A DNA stretch of 57,362 nt, counting the filler, from Basidiobolus ranarum (Eukaryota), in assembly GCA_040143965.1 (NCBI GenBank). It is 4 parts of 4 records of this genome, joined end to end, with 100 filler letters (N's around TTAATTAATTAA, not from the genome) between each part and the next. Parts side by side here need not be neighbours in the genome. Positions count along the whole stretch, not along the records: positions 43,129 to 57,362 come from JASJQH010000434.1; 3 more parts are not named here. One strand, given 5' to 3'. Both the position numbers and the translations under genes were made by a program. The notes under the pieces are model-generated. The model made no database searches. It saw nothing but the letters and a program-made list of their open reading frames with translations, and was not told where the DNA came from. Positions within the stretch are counted from its first letter, which is position 1. Each line of letters opens with the position of its first letter. Below are positions 50,694 through 57,362 of the stretch, piece after piece.

Positions 50694-52357
50694 ATGACCA
50701 ATTCCTCTAAATTAAAAACTACTTTACCTCGTCACATTTTAGAGAGGAAACCTAAGATCTCCTCTATAAATACATTCAAAGAATCTGAGTATATTTCTTT
50801 CTGAACAACTCCCTCAATTCCAGTATAGACTTTTCCTTTTTGATTACAAGGAGAGGCTATCTCAGTCCTAAGTCGTTTCAAATAAATTCTACCAGAATGT
50901 TTGATCAAACTAGCCCTGACCAAGTGGAACAGATGCAGCTCTTTTTGGCCACTGCACCAACAGATTGGGATCCAAACCATATTATTCGAAGATTTGTGCT
51001 TCCTAATGGCGAATGTATTTCTTGCGTCTTTTGGAATGATCTCTTTTACATGACTGGTACTGACATCGTTCGATGCTTAGTATTCCGCTTCCAGGCCATC
51101 GGTCGGCCCGTCAGGTGTGTCAAAAAATTTGAGGAGGGGGTGTTCAGTGACTTACGCAACCTCAAACCAGGTACTGATGCTAAACTAGAAGAGCCCAAAT
51201 CTGATTTCTTGGAGTTATTGTACAAAAATAATTGCATTCGAACTCAGAAGAAACAAAAAGTGTTTTTCTGGTATTCCATTCCCCATGATCGTCTTTTTAT
51301 GGACGCGTTAGAGCGTGATCTCAAAAGAGAGGCTTTAGGGATTGAACCTACTACTGTCCTGATCGATTCTCATAAAGGGACTACTCTGCCTGTTACTCCA
51401 CCTTCAGACCATTTAAATTATCACATGGGCGACTCGTTTGGTAGATCTTTCAGCTCGCCTGATTCTGAATTGTTGACACCTTCGACGACACCTCTGGTTA
51501 ATCCAGCTCCGGATTTCGGATGGTACCCTCCACACTCTAGCTTGATACTTGATGTAAATTCTTCAATGAATACCTGGATGTCTAACACACTATGGCCAGC
51601 CCCACAAAATAAGATGGACTTCTTCGAGCCGAGAGACTCGGGTGATATTTCACTTGGCACTTTTAATTTGGATTTTACACTTTCACTTCAAAACGAATCT
51701 CAAAGCTCATCAAGTATAGATCAACCTCAAGGTGAGCCGCAAGAAAATCCTACATTAAACAACTGTTCAAGTTTTGATGATCCTGGCGAGACTTTTCAAG
51801 AATTAAATATTCTGAATAAGCTTCTCAATTATCCTATATCGTCAATGGATGCTGAAGTCCCTCATGACAATCGGCATTTCGATGGCACAGATTGCACCTT
51901 GTTAGGAGATATGCTACCTGGCAAGGGACAATATAATGCAATGCGAACAACTACGAATTTGCTCAACTCATTCAATAGCTCGATGGGCTACAAGCAACAT
52001 CGAAATAGGTCTATTTTTCGCAACGCTACATGGGCGTCACCTGTCTCGTCGAAATATCAAATGAATAAGCCTTACACTCGCCCTCCTTTACCAGCTCGGA
52101 GACAATCTACTGGAGAAATTAACGACCACGTGGATGGACACTATTTAAATGGAAGTGAATTGCAACATTGCTTAGACCAAACACGCACAGGAGAACGATC
52201 ATATGGATATCTGATAGAAGAGAGTAGAAAGACATACACTGAAAGTAGCAACTCCAATCATCTCGCAACAATTCATGGCAAAACGGATTCAAATGAGAAC
52301 TATGAATCAGAAATATTTCGTAACTCAGAGAGGGATCTAATGGCAAATTATCAATGA
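50694..52357 (+). CDS. STE12: Ste12-like transcription factor (STE domain; C2H2 fingers degenerate)
   Basis: FLATAPTDWDPNHIIRRFVLPNGECISCVFWNDLFYMTGTDIVR...KKFEEGVFSDLRNLKPG...CIRTQKKQKVFFWYSIPHDRLFMDALERDLKRE. A probable short exon 1 (50694-50788) and intron 50789-50850 join in frame. Confidence 0.93.
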
Positions 52358-53569
52358 CCAAGCACAATCTTGAAATGGAGACAGTAGGAACAAAATCAGA
52401 ACTGATTTGATATTCGTAAGATTGTATTAAAGTCGATGTCGGTACATTCCACTAGTAAAGTAAATATTGAGCTGCAAAATTTAATCCCCAAGCCTTCACT
52501 TTCTCACTTTACTATTTACATGCTTACAGAAAACCTATAATCCCACTATTACGTAAACAAATGCTTACTATACGCTTCAGTTACTAGATACAATTAATGC
52601 TGACTATCAGAATCGTAGCCTGCATTATTCATTACTTTTCAAAATATAGAATCTCATGTTCAGCATTTTTGATTACATAGTATCGATGCATCAATGTTTA
52701 TAAAATTGTGTGAATTATTTCAAACATAGCATTGTTATCCAAATCTCGATAGTATTATATTCTCGATGTTATTTCTCATTTGTATGTGTTTCGAATATGA
52801 CTCTATGCTACCCTAAATTACCATCAAAATAGCTACCAAATGAGGTGATTGCTAGTATTGGATAAGAGATCAGATCTATTGGTCAGTCAGACACACTTGT
52901 GCATACTCATCTGAATTTGTTGATTGCGTCTTGTGGAATTCTTCTTTTTAGGAAACTGTGTGACTTGCCCTTGACGCTGAATGACTGCCATTGTTCATAC
53001 ACTCAGTAGTAGCTACATTCAACAATACGTTCAATACTATTCGTAGTAGATAAAAACATCAACCACACTTAACCTCTTTATTCGTTTCGTTAAATCAAGA
53101 CCTTTTATTGAGCTCATGGGAAGTTATTCTGTTCTCTCAGATATATATATATATACATGGTGTTTTGCAATTTTTCAAAAACAAACCGTGAGTCAATACA
53201 AGTTAGAGAGTAATTGTTTCTCAAAGAAAAGTAATTGTTCTAGTTAGTTTTTGGTAAATTCCTGTACATGTACTAACAATTTTCAGCGAGATATCGAGAT
53301 ATAAGGAAGTTGCTGTGCCAGGCTGAGCAAGTGTGAATCCTACGTAATTGATTTGAGGTCGTTGGTAGCTTGAGGTAATATTACCCAATGACAACTCAAC
53401 TTGATAATAAACATTCTGTGTTTGTAAGCTGTGATTGGTTAAAAGCTCTTCGCCATCCAACCCCTCTACCCACTGAGAGTGTTCAATGCAACGGGGTCAT
53501 CTTTATTTAAATATTCGCCATAGTAGAGTTCCAAAATTCACACTTTTCGATATTTGTTACTTTTACACA

Positions 53570-55075
53570 ATGCGTCCCTTCCGTTCTTTTGTCACTGCTT
53601 TGGCTTTATTATCTGCCCCGCTTCTCGCTTATGCTGAGGATTCTGATGTATTGACACTAACTAAGGATTCATTCAACTCAGTGGTTGATCCTGAGAAGCT
53701 TATGCTTGTCGAGTTTTATGCTCCTTGGTGTGGACATTGTAAGGCCTTGGCCCCCGAATATGAAAAGGCTGCTACTAGTCTTAAGGAGCAACAAGTAAAA
53801 CTCGCCAAGGTTGATTGCACTGTTGAGATGGACTTATGCCAAGAATTTGAAGTCACTGGGTACCCCACCTTAAAGGTTTTTAGAGAAGGATCCCCTTCTG
53901 AATATAATGGCCCAAGAAAATCCGATGGTATTGTTAGCTACATGAAGAAACAAACACTTCCCGCACTCTCCCAGGTTACTGTTGATTCCATAGATTCTTT
54001 CAAGGATTCTGATAATGTGGTGATTGTCGGTTTCTTCTCCTCTACAGACTCTGCGGAATATCAAGAGCTTAAGGAAATTGCTGAGGATATGCGGGATGAT
54101 TTCTTATTTGGTGCTACAGTTGATAGTGAAGTTTTAAAGAAATTCGATATCAAGGAACCTGGGGTTATCCTCTTTAAGAAATTCGATGATGGCAAGGAAG
54201 TTTATCAGGGGAAGGTTAACGCCGAAGAATTGAAAAAATTCATTCGTGTTAGCTCTGTACCACTTTTAGATGATATTGGCCCAGAAAATTATTTCTCATA
54301 CATTGAATCCGGACTCCCTCTCAGTTATATTTTCTTCTCTAATGACGATGAACGTACCGCTATCAAAAAAGAGCTTCTTCCAATTGCAAAGGAATACAAG
54401 GGGAAAGTCAACTTCGTCTTTATTGATGCAGAGAAATACCCTAGTCATGCTGAATCTCTAAACCTCAAGACCGAATGGCCCGCATTTGCCATTCAAAATC
54501 CCGATACTAATGCCAAATATCCTTTTGACCAATCAAAGGAGCTAACTAGTGCTAATGTTGATGAATTCATCAAGCGCTTCTTGGCTGGTGATATTCAACC
54601 TTCTATTAAATCAGAGCCCATTCCAGAGAAGAACGACGACGTCATCAAGGTTATTGTGGCTGACGAGTTTGAGAAAATTGTCAATAATGAAAAGAAGGAT
54701 GTGTTGGTAGAATTCTATGCTCCATGGTGTGGCCACTGTAAAAGTCTCGCACCTGTTTATGAAAAAGTTGGAGCTGCTTATGCTGCGCATAATGACAAAA
54801 TTGTGATTGCCAAAATGGACGCCACCGCCAATGATCTCCCTATTGGTACCGATTTCCAAATTCAAGGATTCCCTACTATCAAACTTTTCAAAGCTGGTAA
54901 AGAGAAGGAAGTTATTGACTATGAGGGAGATAGAACTGAAGAATCTTTCATTGAATTCATCAGCAATCACGCCGTCAACCAAGTGGATGTTAAACCCAGC
55001 AAAAAAGAAGATGAGACAGCCAAAGAAGAGGAGACAGTCAAGGAAGAGGAGAATCCTGAGCATGATGAATTGTAG
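53570..55075 (+). CDS. PDI1: Protein disulfide-isomerase (a-b-b'-a'), intronless
   Basis: Signal peptide MRPFRSFVTALALL, two EFYAPWCGHCK active sites, C-terminal HDEL. Confidence 0.97.
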   Translation: MRPFRSFVTALALLSAPLLAYAEDSDVLTLTKDSFNSVVDPEKLMLVEFYAPWCGHCKALAPEYEKAATSLKEQQVKLAKVDCTVEMDLCQEFEVTGYPTLKVFREGSPSEYNGPRKSDGIVSYMKKQTLPALSQVTVDSIDSFKDSDNVVIVGFFSSTDSAEYQELKEIAEDMRDDFLFGATVDSEVLKKFDIKEPGVILFKKFDDGKEVYQGKVNAEELKKFIRVSSVPLLDDIGPENYFSYIESGLPLSYIFFSNDDERTAIKKELLPIAKEYKGKVNFVFIDAEKYPSHAESLNLKTEWPAFAIQNPDTNAKYPFDQSKELTSANVDEFIKRFLAGDIQPSIKSEPIPEKNDDVIKVIVADEFEKIVNNEKKDVLVEFYAPWCGHCKSLAPVYEKVGAAYAAHNDKIVIAKMDATANDLPIGTDFQIQGFPTIKLFKAGKEKEVIDYEGDRTEESFIEFISNHAVNQVDVKPSKKEDETAKEEETVKEEENPEHDEL

Positions 55076-55310
55076 CTTACATTTGACGTAAAAACCGAAT
55101 TAACCATCAAACCAGTACTATAAGTTTAGGATTTTACTTGTATTTCTAGTACTCCATTAATATTTCTTTGTACGCTAAGTTCCAAACTCGACTTGTGAAT
55201 TAACATTAATATGCTTACCACTATATTCTCAATAAAGTACATCTTTTATTTCTGCATTCAATTAATATTGCACGTAATTTACTTTAAATCATTTATAATT
55301 TTACAGTCGC

Positions 55311-57362
55311 TCAAAATACGTCACGAACTTCTGTGACCATAGGCTTGTCATTTTGATTGAATTGCAGCTTCATAATCGCCGTCAAATTGGTTAGTTTGGC
55401 TTTAAAGTCAATCAGTATCTTTAGAGATTAGGGAACAATTATAGTGTTAGGAAGAAATATTCCAATCAAATTATATAATAGTGAGGATACCTTCTGAAAT
55501 TCTGCTCTGCGTTCTGGAACGGTGAGTGCCTTAAATTCTTCTGGGGTGTGAGATAAGAATTTCTGTACCAACTATGTTGAAGGGGGTGTGAATTTTTACT
55601 GAATACAACTATGTAGTAGATGAAACACAAAGATTACCTCATTTGAAAGGATCACTTCTGTATCATCATTATCCGTATCTTTGATAGTTAGTATCACTGA
55701 GAACAATTGTCCGTCAAATGAAAATTTTCCGAATTTATTGATGGTGGCCTAAAATTTCAAATTAGCTTGGTGATAAATAGAAATATGGCATTTGCAACAA
55801 GAAGATCAAACTTACTTTTACATATGTGCTATTGACACCTGATCTCTTTACGTTCTCCAACTCACGTAAGCTTGTTAGTCCTACACGGATAAAACTTATT
55901 ATTATAGGAAGTATACTATGCGGAATTTATACTGTACAATGTACTTTCAGCAACAGCTAGCATATCTTGAACGGATTCATCCAGCAAGAAAGAGTCATCA
56001 TCGCACAAGTCAATCACATCCGGAGTTGCGGCACCATAGTTCGTTTCCAAATGTTCATTTTTTAATCTAGGCTTTTGCGTGAGATCAATGTGCGATTGTT
56101 GTGACTTGGTAACGGCAGATACGGGTGTGAATTTAGGCGAGTCTAGCACTATTGGTGTATCATCGATATCACCATGAAGTTGGAAGAATTCCATAGAATC
56201 AAACTCATCAGAGTCTTCATTGTCATCTACTGCAATGGTCGGGATTTTAGCTCGAGAATGCGAGGACTGAGGATTAAAGCTAGGAAATGGTGCTTCCCTT
56301 ATATGTTGTTCGATTGAAGGAGGTGGCGATGGCTCCTCAACAAAATCAGGAGGAATACTGTCAAACAAGAAACTCTCCTGTTCGAGTAGACTGTCTAGCA
56401 TCTGATCTTGATACTCGATGTCAGAGTCAAAATCAAAATTATCGGAGGTGCTGGTGGGCATAAATGCTTGAGAACGAGATGGGAGTCCATTGTTTTGTAT
56501 AGTAGAATGAGAAGTTGAATTGATAAGATTGGTTGCGGTGCTATTCGCAGATCTATAAGCTGTAGTACCGGAGAAATTTACAGATTGTGGAGAGGCAAAC
56601 TCATTTATACCCTGCGTTCTTGGCTGATTTTGATTGTTATTGTTACTTTGCAAATTATTTGTCGATTCCTCATTCTCCTCCTCAAGACTATAAAGAAAGT
56701 GAATTAGTGTAAATACATGATGATTCCCAAAACTGTAATTAATAAGCGTACTTGAGACGCTTGCGTAGCCTTTGAATTAAAGATTGTTGATTGAGCACTT
56801 CTACTTGTCCACCCAAAACTGAGAACTTTTGTGCTTCAAGTAGCAGAACCCCACGCAGAACTTTCACGTTGTTCACTAATACCTAAGGAAAATAGAGAAA
56901 GCGAAATTGAGGAAATAGTTTATAATAAAACAGAATTTATAAGAAATTTACATACCTTGCTCCCTAAAGGTAAAAACAAATCCACATTATTCAGAGATCT
57001 ATACTCCATGGCGAAGGTTACTTGATTTCCATCGGTCAATGTAAATTTAAGCATAGATCTAGGAAATTTTCCTTCACTTTTTTCCTCTTCTGCAAGTATT
57101 CTGCCGGTATTTGGATCGTTGTTTGGAATGGTCGCATCTAGTAAGTGTTGAGCTGACACGCCTACGTCAATAACATCCAATACTTGCAGTATAGCTGGTT
57201 GTTGAAATAAAGTTGTTTGGTGAACTCCCTCAATATCTGGGGGAAAAACTGGTACAGTAACTTGACCACCTCTAAAATCAGAGTTCAAATACTCTTCTCG
57301 GAGTAAATCTATTAGCTGTTGCTCATTAAGATGTCTAAGTTGATTAGGGATGGGGAGTGCTT
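55311..57362 (-). CDS. RMI1: RecQ-mediated genome instability protein 1 (RMI1), 5' end outside the window, multi-exon
   Basis: LQVLDVIDVGVSA...PRSMLKFTLTDG..FAMEYR..L.LPLGSK (OB fold), an acidic disordered linker, and a C-terminal OB-like region ending KPMVTEVRDVF*. Confidence 0.85.

Noticed and set aside
53570-55075. Intronless PDI (and arrestin) as retrogenes
   Set aside because: No poly(A) remnant or target-site duplication is seen, and exons over 1 kb occur in several spliced neighbours.

Overview
Eukaryotic, AT-rich genomic DNA with many short spliceosomal introns. The gene content points to an early-diverging fungus (Zoopagomycota/Mucoromycota grade; a Basidiobolus-like source is an inference). 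The scaffold has three 100-nt N gaps carrying an artificial TTAATTAATTAA spacer. Protein genes I can read, in order: RPL6 (partial), a secreted Cys-rich protein, succinyl-CoA ligase beta (with an in-frame TAA), ATG13, a truncated PARP, a LYR-motif protein, a White collar-1 photoreceptor, sterol O-acyltransferase, LDB17, AP-4 mu, an Rck2/Srk1 kinase, TMEM184/Hfl1, STE14, a C2-domain protein, an alpha-arrestin, a Ste12-like factor, PDI and RMI1 (partial). The most notable signals are a minor-spliceosome (U12-type) intron in the AP-4 mu gene (plus a weaker candidate in RMI1) and two transcription factors (WC-1, Ste12) whose zinc fingers are eroded but still in frame. There is also a nonsense codon in a TCA-cycle gene, a PARP that breaks off inside its WGR domain, and faint Tc1/mariner transposase relics. 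Together these suggest redundant gene copies decaying or diverging. I found no rRNA, tRNA or CRISPR, and no clearly new multi-gene system. All exon structures were derived by hand and no database searches were run.
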